Source: Patescibacteria group bacterium UBA6017
Lineage (GTDB): Bacteria > Patescibacteriota > Saccharimonadia > UBA4664
NCBI GenBank assembly: GCA_002429485.1
Contig: DIZX01000009.1
Coordinates: 5,461 to 69,460 of the forward strand
Reading direction: 5' to 3'
DNA: 64,000 nt
Positions 28,806-38,752 of this stretch are shown here, piece after piece (position 1 is the stretch's first letter; the number at the start of each line of letters is the position of its first letter). The translations under genes and the position numbers were made by a program. Below the pieces are notes generated by a model. It was not told the origin of the DNA. It was given only the letters and a program-made list of their open reading frames with translations, and made no database searches.

Positions 28806-28891
28806 GCCGCTGTGGTGGAATGGTAGACACAAGGGACTCAAAATCCCTCGACTTCACGGTCATGTCGGTTCGACTCCGACCAGCGGTACCA
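28806..28891 (+). tRNA. tRNA-Leu (anticodon CAA), long variable arm, CCA encoded
   Basis: GCCGCTGTGGTGGAATGGTAGACACAAGGGACTCAAAATCCCTCGACTTCACGGTCATGTCGGTTCGACTCCGACCAGCGGTACCA. The 7-bp acceptor pairs (G1:U72). The anticodon loop is CT-CAA-AA. The extra arm is about 15 nt. Confidence 0.85.
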
Positions 28892-29019
28892 TTGAACTTA
28901 TGTTTAACAGACCCGAACGGTCTGTTTTCAATTTATTACTCCTGGAGATAAAACAAGCGCGCCTCGCTCACTGGCGCCTGAACGGCAGAAGTGAGCGAGG
29001 CGATGGCGCCAGATATTCT

Positions 29020-29490
29020 CTAGCGCCGGGTGAAGCGAGACCACCAGTGGCGGATCGGTGTCGGCTCGAGTCCGGAAGGCACCTTGACGCTGAAGCTCAC
29101 CCCACAGCCATCTGAGTGAATGGGCCAACCTGGGTGTTTCCTGTTGCATCTGCACTCGACGTTGACTTTGATCCATCTCGGCGCCGGGACGGGTCGGTTG
29201 CGGCGGGTTCTCTTGGAGATCGTGGACTTTGCGAAGTACCCGAAGCCGTCAAACCGGTGCCCGCACCTTGGGCAGGGGCCTTGAACATGCGCATCGACAA
29301 AACGGCCAGAGGTACTGACCTGATGCGTCAGTTTGCCATCCGTCAACATCTGCTGGGCCTTCACGGTCCATGCATCGTTGCAAGTCGGCTCAAACGGCAC
29401 GGTTGCGGTTTTGATGGGCTCTTCCATAATGCTGTTACCTCCATCTGGTGGGCGTATAGGCACGAAAGCTATTGTCAGTCTATACAACAA
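29020..29490 (-). CDS. hypothetical Cys-rich protein (possible zinc ribbon); start uncertain (M1 or M22)
   Basis: CPRCGH...C..C spacing. GC-rich. Adjacent to tRNA-Leu. Confidence 0.3.
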   Translation of the reverse strand: MLYRLTIAFVPIRPPDGGNSIMEEPIKTATVPFEPTCNDAWTVKAQQMLTDGKLTHQVSTSGRFVDAHVQGPCPRCGHRFDGFGYFAKSTISKRTRRNRPVPAPRWIKVNVECRCNRKHPGWPIHSDGCGVSFSVKVPSGLEPTPIRHWWSRFTRR

Positions 29491-29610
29491 TGGATTGTTT
29501 TGTCAAGTATTATAAGGGCTCTGATTACGATGGCTAACCGAGCTATGTAGAGTTAGGTGGCGGGATATCTCATCATTCCCCTATGCTTCTCTCGTATTTC
29601 GTTACGAACA

Positions 29611-29640
29611 TCTGAGACTGTGGTGTACAAATGAACTCAC
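29611..29640. repeat. ~40-bp direct repeat, copy A
   Basis: GTTACGAACATCTGAGACTGTGGTGTACAAATGAACTCAC is about 80 percent identical to 31608-31647. Confidence 0.5.
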
Positions 29641-29710
29641 TACAAAATACCGACGAACAGCATTAGAGCCGCCCAAAGACGGCTCTAATGCGTCCATAGG
29701 CGGCTCGATT

Positions 29711-30478
29711 CTAGTGGGTGGATTTCTCTAGGACCAGGATGAGGAAAAGCGGTATCTTCGTAAACAAGCTGTAGAAATTCTCATTTAACAGCTTTGCCGC
29801 GGGAATCGGCTGCGGTTCGATTATCTCGATAATCCTGAATCCCGCAGCACTGATTTCATTGAACATTGAGCTCAATTTTTTGTGGTAATAATGGACGGGA
29901 ATACCGCCCCTCCACATATCGGTTCGCATCGAGTTGTCGAAATAATCTCCGAAGATCTCGAGGTTCGAGAAACCGTCGCTGTACCGATAGCCAAACAGTT
30001 TCGTTAGGCTATCGGGTGTACGGTTGATTTGACCACCCCAGAGGCCAGGATGATGCGTTGATAGCAGCATCTTGCCCTCTGGCCGGAGGGCTCGATGAAG
30101 CGCCTGCAAAGTTTGCGTCCAGTCTTGGACGTAGTGCATGGCTTTGCTGCAGTACACGAGGTCAAAAGATTCCGCCGCGAGCCCGAGCTTGGCTATATCC
30201 ATTAACACGAATGGGATTTGGGGATGCAACATCCGAGCTCGGTGAATTAGCCGGGGTGACATATCGGCGCCCATAACCTTCCGGGCACCTCGTCTGAGCA
30301 TTTCGGCACACTCGTTCCCCGTACCGCATCCGAGACATAGAACGCTGCGACCTTGCAGGTCTGGTAGCAAAGCTTCCATAGCCGGAAGCTCCAAGTGAGT
30401 GGATGCAAGGTTGATTCCTTCCATGACTTTTGCCCAGCTTTGGGCGTGGTCATCGTAGGCCTGGGTCGGTGATTGCAT
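29711..30478 (-). CDS. class I SAM-dependent methyltransferase
   Basis: SVLCLGCGTGNECAEMLRRGARKVMGADMS (motif I GxGxG) and LRPEGKMLL (post-motif). Confidence 0.75.
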   Translation of the reverse strand: MQSPTQAYDDHAQSWAKVMEGINLASTHLELPAMEALLPDLQGRSVLCLGCGTGNECAEMLRRGARKVMGADMSPRLIHRARMLHPQIPFVLMDIAKLGLAAESFDLVYCSKAMHYVQDWTQTLQALHRALRPEGKMLLSTHHPGLWGGQINRTPDSLTKLFGYRYSDGFSNLEIFGDYFDNSMRTDMWRGGIPVHYYHKKLSSMFNEISAAGFRIIEIIEPQPIPAAKLLNENFYSLFTKIPLFLILVLEKSTH

Positions 30479-30489
30479 TCACATTCCTC

Positions 30490-31254
30490 TCAGAGCGAGC
30501 TGCTTGGGTCGTCGTACCTGGCAGCTGCCACCATGAAGTGTCCTCCCGTGCCAGTCATACCGGCATGGATCACTCGGCTGGACCAGAACTTGAGGACGCT
30601 GAGCCGACCATCCCCCATTGGCGGGATAGCGACGATCCTAGTGCTGACCTCTGGATGGGGTGAGACATTGCTGCAGGCTGCATCGTCCGATGAGACTGAG
30701 TCTGGTCGCAGTGTCGTGTGGTCGATACCACGACGGCTAAGTTCCTCGGGCGACTCATCAATGAACTGGAGCCAGCGAGGCTCACTGGGATGCAGGTTGA
30801 TGAGGTAGCGAGTGATCTCTCGCCCCGTACCCTCTTCCCGAAACGTTCCGCGCCGCCCATAGTGTCGGGCAACATACTGGATGTCTTCGTGAAGATTCCC
30901 GAAGAAGGCCTTTTTTGCCGCCAGGCAGAGTCGGATGAAAGAAATTCCAACATCGCACCCGTAGAGAAGACCAGCTTGCAGTTGCTCTTCGAGCAAGTGC
31001 GTCTGAGGGAAATCCTTGACCTCATCAAACGCAGGGTAGAATCCCTTAGTGCCGGAGCCGTTGGCCTCGTTCGCAATACCCCTAGCCAACTCAGCTTGTG
31101 CTATGGCCAGGTTGTAATCCGCTGGGTTGAATCGGTGTTGCTCGAGAACCATGCGCGGTCCCGTGATGACTTCCTGGGTGTCCCTATGGTTAGGTCCCAG
31201 TACTATCGTTCGAGTGATGGTCGTCATGCTTGCCGCCTCCATCTGTTGTGTCAC
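30490..31254 (-). CDS. hypothetical protein (254 aa) co-transcribed with the methyltransferase
   Basis: 12-nt gap to the downstream MTase gene. No family recognised. Confidence 0.45.
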   Translation of the reverse strand: MTQQMEAASMTTITRTIVLGPNHRDTQEVITGPRMVLEQHRFNPADYNLAIAQAELARGIANEANGSGTKGFYPAFDEVKDFPQTHLLEEQLQAGLLYGCDVGISFIRLCLAAKKAFFGNLHEDIQYVARHYGRRGTFREEGTGREITRYLINLHPSEPRWLQFIDESPEELSRRGIDHTTLRPDSVSSDDAACSNVSPHPEVSTRIVAIPPMGDGRLSVLKFWSSRVIHAGMTGTGGHFMVAAARYDDPSSSL

Positions 31255-31617
31255 ATTAGGGTTAAAACGGACTCCAGATACTTAAGAATAAGCATTAGGA
31301 GCCAGCTTCAACCACTCACTATACACATTCAGCACTTCGGTCAAGCAATAAGTAAGTCGATGCTTGACCGAAGCTTGATTTAGGCATATATCATTGTACA
31401 TCGTAACGCGCAATCGTCAATAATGCGCTCTAGGTAACGTTAATTTGTTCATTTGATTTTATTGTGACAGTTCTGCGTTCGGTGAGGATGAAGTCCAATC
31501 CGTATTTATTGACCTTCAAAGCAGATCGGCAAAGGTAGGAAGCGAATTAGTGAGCGTATTTAGCGGTATTGAGATATGACCGTTGCTCCATTTGTCTCTA
31601 GTATCGCAGTTCGAGCT

Positions 31618-31647
31618 TCTGTGACGGTGGTGTACCAATGGACTTAT
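31618..31647. repeat. ~40-bp direct repeat, copy B
   Basis: GTTCGAGCTTCTGTGACGGTGGTGTACCAATGGACTTAT. See copy A. Confidence 0.5.
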
Positions 31648-31690
31648 ATTGATTATTTTCTATAGAAATGCGTAGGGTCGGGCTGCGTTT

Positions 31691-33637
31691 TTATAGTTGG
31701 CTGCGCATTTCGACCAGGGCGGCGTCGAGGCGCTGGACTGAAACGCCGCTCTTGCTGGCTAAGTAGGCCATTTGAGCTTTGAAGTCGGGCAAGTAGGTAT
31801 CATAGGCGTCGGCAGCTTGGTCGGGATTATTGGGATCGTCGATGTTGTGGTAGGTCAAAATGAGCGTGGTATGGTCGCGGGCGGCTTTGTCGACCCAGTA
31901 TTTGAATTGCGCCAGCGTGGTGGTTGGGGCCATGTTTTGCTCGCGTAAGCGGTAGGCGTTGAAATTGTCTTTTGAATTGTAGCCTTCGTCGGTGGTTCGG
32001 TGTGAACCGTAGTATTGGGCGGTTACCGAGTTGGTGCAAGCGTTGTAGGCGCCAAACGGACTTGAAAAGGCGGTGATCGGCTGACCGGTGAGCTGGCGTA
32101 AATAGTCCTGGGGATGCTTGAGCTCATTGGTGAGCTCGGGTCCGGGACAAGCAAGGGTTGTCATATCGGGATGGGTGATGGAGTGAGCTCCAATTTCGTG
32201 GCCGCCTGATGCAAACTTTTTGACGATCGTTTCCATAGCCGCATTGCCCTCTACCCAACCTGGTGCGTAGGTCCCCTCTTTGGTGGGCAGGTACATGGTG
32301 GTCTTAAAGCCGTACAAATCAAGGACGGGCAAGGCGTTGAGGTAGTTTATGTCCGGCGCATCATCGAAGGTAAGGATAACGCGGCCCTTATCGAACCCTG
32401 TATAGGTATATGGGGCCAGTTGCATGTTGTCGACCGAGACGCAGCCAATTCCCCGCATCACCATAAAGACGTCCGCACTGACAACATCGGTGGGCACATT
32501 GAACACGTCGGAGTAGGTCGTCCAGTTGGCGGCGTTATCACCGGCGGGCTCGGGGTCAGGCATACCAAAGAAGTCTTCGCTACCATCGGCCTTAACGTAG
32601 TGGGCTACCACGTGGACGGCATGCAGGTTATTGGTTTTGTAGGAGAAAGTGGCCCGGTAATCGGCGCCTTTGGTGAGCGGCTGGCTGGCGAATTGCCAGT
32701 TGGCGTCGCCCGAAACGTCGGGGTTGGTGCCGTATTTGGTGATGCAGGCCTGAACGGATCGTGAGCCCGCGGCGGCGGCCCCAGTGACGTAGCTGAAGGT
32801 GTGAGTGTTTGTGCCCCAAGCCGTGGAAGACCAATTCTGCGGCTGCTGAGGGTTGTTTGGATCGGGGGTTTCAACCGAGGGGTTGGGAACGATGGTGGGC
32901 GTAGGAGTCGGAGTGGGCGTTGGAGTTACGGTTGGCTTCGGCGTCGGCGTAGGCGTTTGGGTCGGCGTCGGGGTGGGAGTGGTTGTGACCGCGTTCTCAA
33001 CCAGGCTGACATTATCAATTTGCAGCCAGCCGTTTGTCTCCAAGAGGTGGAGCACGGTCAGCTTGACTGTGTCGGCCGGGGTATGGATTTTACCGGTAAA
33101 CGTTTTTGTGACAGTCGCGGAGGCTGAAACGGTGATAGCGACATCGTCGTAGGTGGCGTTGCCCTTGGCGTCGATGGCCTCATAGACTACGTGGGTTGCC
33201 ACGTTGGCACGGTACATATCGGTGTAGGTGTAGTCGGTATTCGGTTTTGCTGCGACGGGATTTGGCACCCATTTGGCGTCGCCCGAGTTGGCGCCCGAGA
33301 GCGTTACTTTGACACTACGGTTACCATTTAAGCCAGTAGTGAGATAGGCAAACTTGGCAGTGCCATTGGCCCAGGTATCGGTGGTCCAAGAGGCGGGTAA
33401 GTTCGCATTGGCGGCCGTTGGTGTTTCAACCGACGGGTTAGCTATGAGATTGGTGACGGCGGCATATGAAGGCGCAACGTTGAGCTGTATGAGGGCCGCA
33501 ATTGCTAAACCGGTGACGGTAAATGCGAGGGTACGCGTCTTCAGATATTTTATGGCGTTGAATCTGTCTGTCGAGGTCGAGTTGTGCATCAATGGTACCT
33601 TGCTAGAGCCAATTACCCGCAGTTTGCCCTGAGTCAT
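31691..33637 (-). CDS. secreted polysaccharide deacetylase (CE4/NodB) with two N-terminal CBM4_9-like carbohydrate-binding modules and a Thr/Pro linker
   Basis: NodB motifs RVILTFDDAPD and HEIGAHSITH. Two repeated jelly-roll modules (ANPSVETP...WxxxTW...). Linker TTTPTPTPTQTPTPTPKPTVTPTPTPTPTP. Confidence 0.8.
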   Translation of the reverse strand: MTQGKLRVIGSSKVPLMHNSTSTDRFNAIKYLKTRTLAFTVTGLAIAALIQLNVAPSYAAVTNLIANPSVETPTAANANLPASWTTDTWANGTAKFAYLTTGLNGNRSVKVTLSGANSGDAKWVPNPVAAKPNTDYTYTDMYRANVATHVVYEAIDAKGNATYDDVAITVSASATVTKTFTGKIHTPADTVKLTVLHLLETNGWLQIDNVSLVENAVTTTPTPTPTQTPTPTPKPTVTPTPTPTPTPTIVPNPSVETPDPNNPQQPQNWSSTAWGTNTHTFSYVTGAAAAGSRSVQACITKYGTNPDVSGDANWQFASQPLTKGADYRATFSYKTNNLHAVHVVAHYVKADGSEDFFGMPDPEPAGDNAANWTTYSDVFNVPTDVVSADVFMVMRGIGCVSVDNMQLAPYTYTGFDKGRVILTFDDAPDINYLNALPVLDLYGFKTTMYLPTKEGTYAPGWVEGNAAMETIVKKFASGGHEIGAHSITHPDMTTLACPGPELTNELKHPQDYLRQLTGQPITAFSSPFGAYNACTNSVTAQYYGSHRTTDEGYNSKDNFNAYRLREQNMAPTTTLAQFKYWVDKAARDHTTLILTYHNIDDPNNPDQAADAYDTYLPDFKAQMAYLASKSGVSVQRLDAALVEMRSQL

Positions 33638-33753
33638 TATTTATGAATATATTCATAGCACTGCATACTCATTACGTCAAGGTATAGTTTCGATGGCTTG
33701 AATTGAGGATTGGGTGAAACAAATAGTCTATTTATGGTGTAAAGTGGTCGATT

Positions 33754-34686
33754 ATGCGTTTGGACAGGAAATTATATTTAATTGCCGCAATTGTATTGCT
33801 GGCCACAATAGGCACGGTAGTTTTGCTGAGGTCAATTTCGCAAAGCACGAGCATTGAACAGCCGCCTGTTGCGGCACCACTATCGACTCCAGATATCACC
33901 AATCTGGTGGCCGATAATGCTCCCCCGCCTCCGACTCCGGCCTCGATAGCGGATATTTCGCCGGTGCGGGCGCTGATTTGGTCGGATGATTTTGGTGCCC
34001 CGGCCGGTACTGTGCCCGATCCCGCCAAGTGGAATATCGATACGGGCGGCGGGGGCTGGGGTAACGGCGAATGGGAATATTATGAGAATTCGGCCGGTAA
34101 CGCGGCTCAGGACGGCCAGGGGCATCTGGTAATAACGGCCCTTTCGCCGGCCAGGCCGTCGGGCGGATGCGCCTTCGGGCCGTGCAATATTACTTCCGCA
34201 CGTCTTCAGACTGACGGCCTCTTTGCGGCAACCTACGGGCGAATTGAAGCTCGTATTAAAGCCCCGGCCGGGCAAGGACTGTGGCCGGCGTTCTGGATGT
34301 TGCCAGAGGACGATAGCGGTGAAATCGATATCATGGAAAACAATGGCCGTGACCCGAGTATTATTTCCGGTACCTTGCACGGACCGGGTTATGCCGGTCC
34401 TGCGGGAATTGCCGCTGAGTTGAGATTATTCCCGGGTGGCAGCGCCGCCGATGTTTTTCACGTTTACAGCGTCGATTGGACCGCACAGTCGATCGTTTGG
34501 TCGGTTGATGGCCGCATCTTCCAAACAATTCGCAAAGGCGATCCCAGGGTCGGGGCCTGGGTTTTCAATCGCCCATATTATATTCTGCTTAATCTGGCCG
34601 TCGGCTCTGAAGACCCAGGTTATCCGGATGAGAGTACTTCATTCCCGGCAAAACTGGTGATTGATTATGTCCGCGTGTATCGGTGA
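33754..34686 (+). CDS. membrane-anchored glycoside hydrolase family 16 (beta-glucanase/laminarinase-like)
   Basis: Catalytic GH16 motif GEIDIMEN (ExDxxE), WPAFWMLP, and an N-terminal TM anchor. Confidence 0.85.
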   Translation: MRLDRKLYLIAAIVLLATIGTVVLLRSISQSTSIEQPPVAAPLSTPDITNLVADNAPPPPTPASIADISPVRALIWSDDFGAPAGTVPDPAKWNIDTGGGGWGNGEWEYYENSAGNAAQDGQGHLVITALSPARPSGGCAFGPCNITSARLQTDGLFAATYGRIEARIKAPAGQGLWPAFWMLPEDDSGEIDIMENNGRDPSIISGTLHGPGYAGPAGIAAELRLFPGGSAADVFHVYSVDWTAQSIVWSVDGRIFQTIRKGDPRVGAWVFNRPYYILLNLAVGSEDPGYPDESTSFPAKLVIDYVRVYR

Positions 34687-34780
34687 ACAGTGCAGCTCGA
34701 TGGTTGAGTTTACGTCTCCTGTGAACCGTTCGGCTGGGTCTTTGGAGATATGTAGTTTGATGATTTTCATACTTATTACC

Positions 34781-35090
34781 TTATAGCTCGCTTACTTTTA
34801 CCAGTGATTTGATTGCACGTCGCTGATCCATAGCCGCATACGCTTCGGCGATATCATCTAAGTCGGTTTTGAGGTCAAATACCTCACCCGGGTTAATATC
34901 TCCTTTAAGCACGGAGTCTAAAAGTTGCGGTAAATAGGCGCGTACCGGAGCAGGTCCTCCGCGCATGCCGATGTTACGGAAGAATGTGATGTTGGCATCA
35001 ATCGTTACGTCATGCGGGACGCCGACCCGACCAACATATGCACGGTGTTTGCCGCCATCTCTGACGATGGCGTCCGACTGTGATTATGTT
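34781..35090 (-). pseudogene. C-terminal remnant of a Zn-dependent alcohol dehydrogenase (truncated pseudogene)
   Basis: Translation ...VRDGGKHRAYVGRVGVPHDVTIDANITFFRNIGMRGGPAPVRAYLPQLLDSVLKGDINPGEVFDLKTDLDDIAEAYAAMDQRRAIKSLV matches the last ~100 aa of MDR-family ADHs. No upstream catalytic domain is present. Confidence 0.5.
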
Positions 35091-35226
35091 TTTCTTCTCA
35101 ATTCGTACCGATTGAACCCTCGAACTGTCGGAAACTGACACTGCCAGCTGTCGTTCATCGTTCTTATGTAAATGACAAATAATTCTATAACGGATATGAT
35201 ATTTTTATTACTTATGGTTATAGATA

Positions 35227-36339
35227 GTGCAATCCCCTTTTCCTTTGCGTGTCTGCATTAATACCCTTCTTAAATCTTTCGGTGCTGCACTAGGCTTAGT
35301 ATCGATTCTCGGCGGCAGCCTGTTTGTCATCTTGCCAGTTCCGGCGCAAGCTGCCTGCGCCGCGCTGCCGTCCGATAAGGGACAGGCAACATTTTCGGTT
35401 TCAATTCCCGCGAGCGGGACGTATCGTGTTTGGACTCGCCTGTATCCGGCTTCTTTGGGTCAGGGTAGGGTACAAATGCAGGTCGACCAAACCTATTGCA
35501 ACGTACTAATCGGCCAAAATAGTACTCTACCGGCCAATCAGTTCACGTGGGTCGATTATGGTACCTCTTCGACGAGTAAGATTAATTTGAGCCTGACTCC
35601 GGGGGGTCACACTATTGTCCTAGCCGGAGTCGATCCGGGCGCGGGGGTGGATAAGCTATTGTTTTTAACCGATGCGACCTGTATCCCAACCGGCCTTGGT
35701 ACTAACTGTAGTACGGTAGCTTCAGCGACACCGGTCCCGGTCGGAGGGACTACTCCCCAACCCACTGTCACTTCGACACCTCGACCGGCAGTCTCGCCGT
35801 CTCCAATCGTGGTTAAGCCGGGCAATTCATCCGCTCCCGTGGTTGTGTCTGGCATTATTACGCTTACTCCGCAGACCCCAACCACCGATATGACGGTTTA
35901 CTCGGTAGATGGCCAGCCAGTGAGCGGTGATAACTTGGACACGTCTAAATTGACCGACGGTGACCACGTGATTAAACAGGTTACGACTGACGGCAGCGGT
36001 AAGACAACCACGACCCAAAAAACTATTAAGGTTGAGAACGGCTGGCAATACCAGCTGGTTCGCGGGCTACAAGGACATTGGCAGGTCATTTCCGGCATTG
36101 TTTTGCTGCTGATTCTGATTGGCGGGGGTATGGTCTACATGCTGACTCATCATCTCTTTGGCATTGGTGCTAGAAACCAGCTTGGTGACGATATCATGGT
36201 GAGTTCGGTAACGAATGAGACAGTAAATCCTTCAACCGTGTTTACCGACAGCCCGACGGTCCTGCCGGTTGCGGGGACTCAAGCAGCGGAGGTGGTCCCA
36301 CCGGTGTCTGTCGATAATATCCCGCCGGATAAATTGTGA
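35227..36339 (+). CDS. secreted CBM-like beta-sandwich protein with a Thr/Pro linker and C-terminal TM anchor
   Basis: Signal peptide. GTYRVWTRLYPASLGQGRVQMQVDQ...GGHTIVLAGVDPGAGVDKLLFLTD resembles CBM jelly-roll modules. TM VISGIVLLLILIGGGMVYML. Confidence 0.5.
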   Translation: MQSPFPLRVCINTLLKSFGAALGLVSILGGSLFVILPVPAQAACAALPSDKGQATFSVSIPASGTYRVWTRLYPASLGQGRVQMQVDQTYCNVLIGQNSTLPANQFTWVDYGTSSTSKINLSLTPGGHTIVLAGVDPGAGVDKLLFLTDATCIPTGLGTNCSTVASATPVPVGGTTPQPTVTSTPRPAVSPSPIVVKPGNSSAPVVVSGIITLTPQTPTTDMTVYSVDGQPVSGDNLDTSKLTDGDHVIKQVTTDGSGKTTTTQKTIKVENGWQYQLVRGLQGHWQVISGIVLLLILIGGGMVYMLTHHLFGIGARNQLGDDIMVSSVTNETVNPSTVFTDSPTVLPVAGTQAAEVVPPVSVDNIPPDKL

Positions 36340-37343
36340 AAGGATTGCAGATGTCACGATTGCGATTGCCCCGGTCTAAGCCTCGTTTGGATTCTAAGGT
36401 AGGTATTTTTGTAGCGTTATCTATTGTCGTCGGTTACGTTGCGGTGCGAGCCTTGGCAGCCGGCCCGTTTGCAATGTTTGAGCCTGAGTCGGCAACTGTC
36501 AGCGGACAGGCGACCGTCAAGTCTAACGCCGGAGCTTCCGGCGGCAAATTTGTGGCATTTGGCAGCGGTGCTACTCCGGCTCCTACGCCCGCTCCGACAC
36601 CTAGCCCTACCCCGGTTTCCGTTGGCAACCCACAATGGCTAGGTGACTACTCCATCGGCAGTTTCCTCCAGTGGCCCGCCCGAGAGTACAAAGACGGCGG
36701 AACCGCCGCTGACCTGGCACGACAGCAACAGATTGTGACCAGTCCGGCACGACCTGGGTTCAAATACACGGCCAGGTTCGAGGTCGAATCAGGCGACCAG
36801 ACGAGTGGCGACCCGAGCCGCAACCGAAGCGAGGTTGCCGATTACTCGGACGTGTCAAAGTTGAACGGCGGAACATCTTGGTGGGCGTGGAGTATGTATC
36901 TCCCGGCAGGTTTCCACGTTGATACGGACGCGGAATCCCCTGTTGGCAATGGATGGCTGATCTGCACTCAGTGGCACGGTGTTAACGACTTAAACCTAGT
37001 GTTCGGACTGACCAAGCCCTCAGATCACATCCCGCACCTGGAAATCGGCACCATGACTAAGGGGACTGCCCAAAGCGGTGATTGGGTTAGTCCCGCCGCG
37101 CTACCTCTAGGGCAATGGAACGACTTTGTGGTGGGGGTCAAATGGTCGAATACGGCAGGGCACGTAATCGTGAAGATGAACGGGACCACCTTGGTGAATG
37201 CCAACACTCCAACTCTGGAAAGCGGATCCAACGGTATGACCTACTTCAAGCAGGGCGTCTACCGGGCCCGATCTAACCAAGCCCAGGCCATCTACTACAC
37301 CGGTACTCGCCGCGGTCCCACCGAGGCCAGCGTCACTTACTAA
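36336..37343 (+). CDS. secreted concanavalin-A-like jelly-roll protein, polysaccharide-lyase-like
   Basis: Signal/anchor, Pro/Thr linker, then RSEVADYSD...WWAWSMYLP...CTQWHG...YFKQGVYR is reminiscent of Polysacc_lyase/alginate-lyase-2 folds. Overlaps the upstream gene by 4 nt. Confidence 0.45.
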   Translation: MKGLQMSRLRLPRSKPRLDSKVGIFVALSIVVGYVAVRALAAGPFAMFEPESATVSGQATVKSNAGASGGKFVAFGSGATPAPTPAPTPSPTPVSVGNPQWLGDYSIGSFLQWPAREYKDGGTAADLARQQQIVTSPARPGFKYTARFEVESGDQTSGDPSRNRSEVADYSDVSKLNGGTSWWAWSMYLPAGFHVDTDAESPVGNGWLICTQWHGVNDLNLVFGLTKPSDHIPHLEIGTMTKGTAQSGDWVSPAALPLGQWNDFVVGVKWSNTAGHVIVKMNGTTLVNANTPTLESGSNGMTYFKQGVYRARSNQAQAIYYTGTRRGPTEASVTY

Positions 37344-37637
37344 TACATAAAAACGCTCTGTGGTGGGCGATTTGTTTCTGCACCGCCGCTGAGCGTTTAT
37401 TGTGACTCCCCTGCTTGACGCGGTTTTCTGGCTTTGGAGCAATATTAATCAGCTTATCAATACGTGTCTTTAGGATGTTTTCGCCGGGTTAGTTCATATA
37501 CAGCAAACAATACTGGTGTCTTAACCAAATGTTTATTTCGGTAGGATTGTTACCCTGCTTGAGTTGCCGAAAACTTGGCAGCGGCTGACTCACCCTGGAG
37601 CGGGGTGGGCGGCACGACAGAAAGGATGTGGTGACTG

Positions 37638-38633
37638 ATGTCATCACGGGACAGTCGGAAGATCGACCACCAGCCAACGTTGGGGCAGCTCATCGGAAGC
37701 TTCCCAACGGCAAGGGATCTCATTGGCGCGGCGCTTCGCACTGCGTCAACGAGAGTCAACAATGTCAGTCGGCCCGAGCCGACCAAGGACCACCGACCGA
37801 GTCCGACTACCACGCGCCGGACTCCGACAGTCGGCACGCCGAAAAGCGGAGCTCGCTCCGGTGATCAGCGTAGCCGTCACGGCAACGGCAAGTCCATGAC
37901 TGATCGGCACACGCAGGGCCGTACCAACCGGACGGCGCCCTGGGAGATCCCGACATCCCAGCGTCAGGTGATCTGTTTCGACGAGATCGAGATCGCCGAA
38001 GCATTCGACTGCATCGGGAAGCTGACCGTCGACTTCCTGCCTGCGGGTATGGCATTCGTCAACTATCTGGCGAATTTCCAGCCGTACCGCAGTCTGGGTA
38101 AGGCTCAGGACATCCGTACGCTTCTGCTGATGCGCCTCCCAACCCGGGCATCGCTCACTAGCGCATCGCATACCGCAGAAGGTATGCGGGGCGCGAAGAT
38201 CCGGGAGGACTTCCTCTCGGCGCGGCTTACCCTCCTGGGGCAGCGATACATGCTGATGCTGACCGGCGAGGGGTCGGTGCGTCAGACGTCGGATGAGATC
38301 GTCAACGAGTTGATGAAGATCGCCGGCGAGTTCAACGGTCTGAACCACCCCCGACGCGAGGCGTACGCCCGCATCATCGCGGCCGATGTCTTCAACGTTT
38401 TCCTGCGGAATCCAATCCGCGCGAAGGACGAGATGGTGAGGGCAATTGCTCTGCTCGGTGTGGTCTTCCAGGCCGATGAGGCAGTCAACATGAGTGTGAT
38501 GATGACCAAGCTCGCAATCAGCGGCGACAAGGCCCTCACGGACCGGACCGTTGCTGACCTCGGTCTCGAGGTCGGTCACGACTACAACCTGTCCGCCTCT
38601 GGAAGCCAGAGCGGAGCCGGCTATCTCGGCTGA
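37638..38633 (+). CDS. hypothetical protein, very high GC3 codon usage; true start may be internal (about aa 87, MTDRHTQ)
   Basis: Long ORF with third-position GC near 90 percent, unlike most of the window. The N-terminal ~110 aa are an R/T/P-rich low-complexity stretch. Confidence 0.4.
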   Translation: MSSRDSRKIDHQPTLGQLIGSFPTARDLIGAALRTASTRVNNVSRPEPTKDHRPSPTTTRRTPTVGTPKSGARSGDQRSRHGNGKSMTDRHTQGRTNRTAPWEIPTSQRQVICFDEIEIAEAFDCIGKLTVDFLPAGMAFVNYLANFQPYRSLGKAQDIRTLLLMRLPTRASLTSASHTAEGMRGAKIREDFLSARLTLLGQRYMLMLTGEGSVRQTSDEIVNELMKIAGEFNGLNHPRREAYARIIAADVFNVFLRNPIRAKDEMVRAIALLGVVFQADEAVNMSVMMTKLAISGDKALTDRTVADLGLEVGHDYNLSASGSQSGAGYLG

Positions 38634-38673
38634 CAACAACAGCCTCCGGTAACGGAGACTATGCTCAAAGTTT

Positions 38674-38705
38674 GGGCGACCGGGGGTTCATTCCCCCGGT
38701 CGCCC
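38674..38705. terminator. bidirectional terminator hairpin
   Basis: GGGCGACCGGGGG-TTCATT-CCCCCGGTCGCCC (13-bp stem), followed by a T-run, lies between convergent genes. Confidence 0.55.
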
Positions 38706-38752
38706 CTTAGCTATTTTTGGGCGGCTTTTTTGGTACGGCAATAATTTCTAGA

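Noticed and set aside
32801-33152. Plus-strand ORFs translating to GVGVGVGV / RRRR runs
   Set aside because: They are antisense to the Thr/Pro linker of the CE4 deacetylase. They are repeat-coding artefacts.
37628-37864. ORF 37628..37864(+), an alternative frame at the start of the high-GC hypothetical gene
   Set aside because: It overlaps 37638..38633 in a different frame. Neither N-terminus is convincing. The longer ORF is kept with a note that its true start may be internal.
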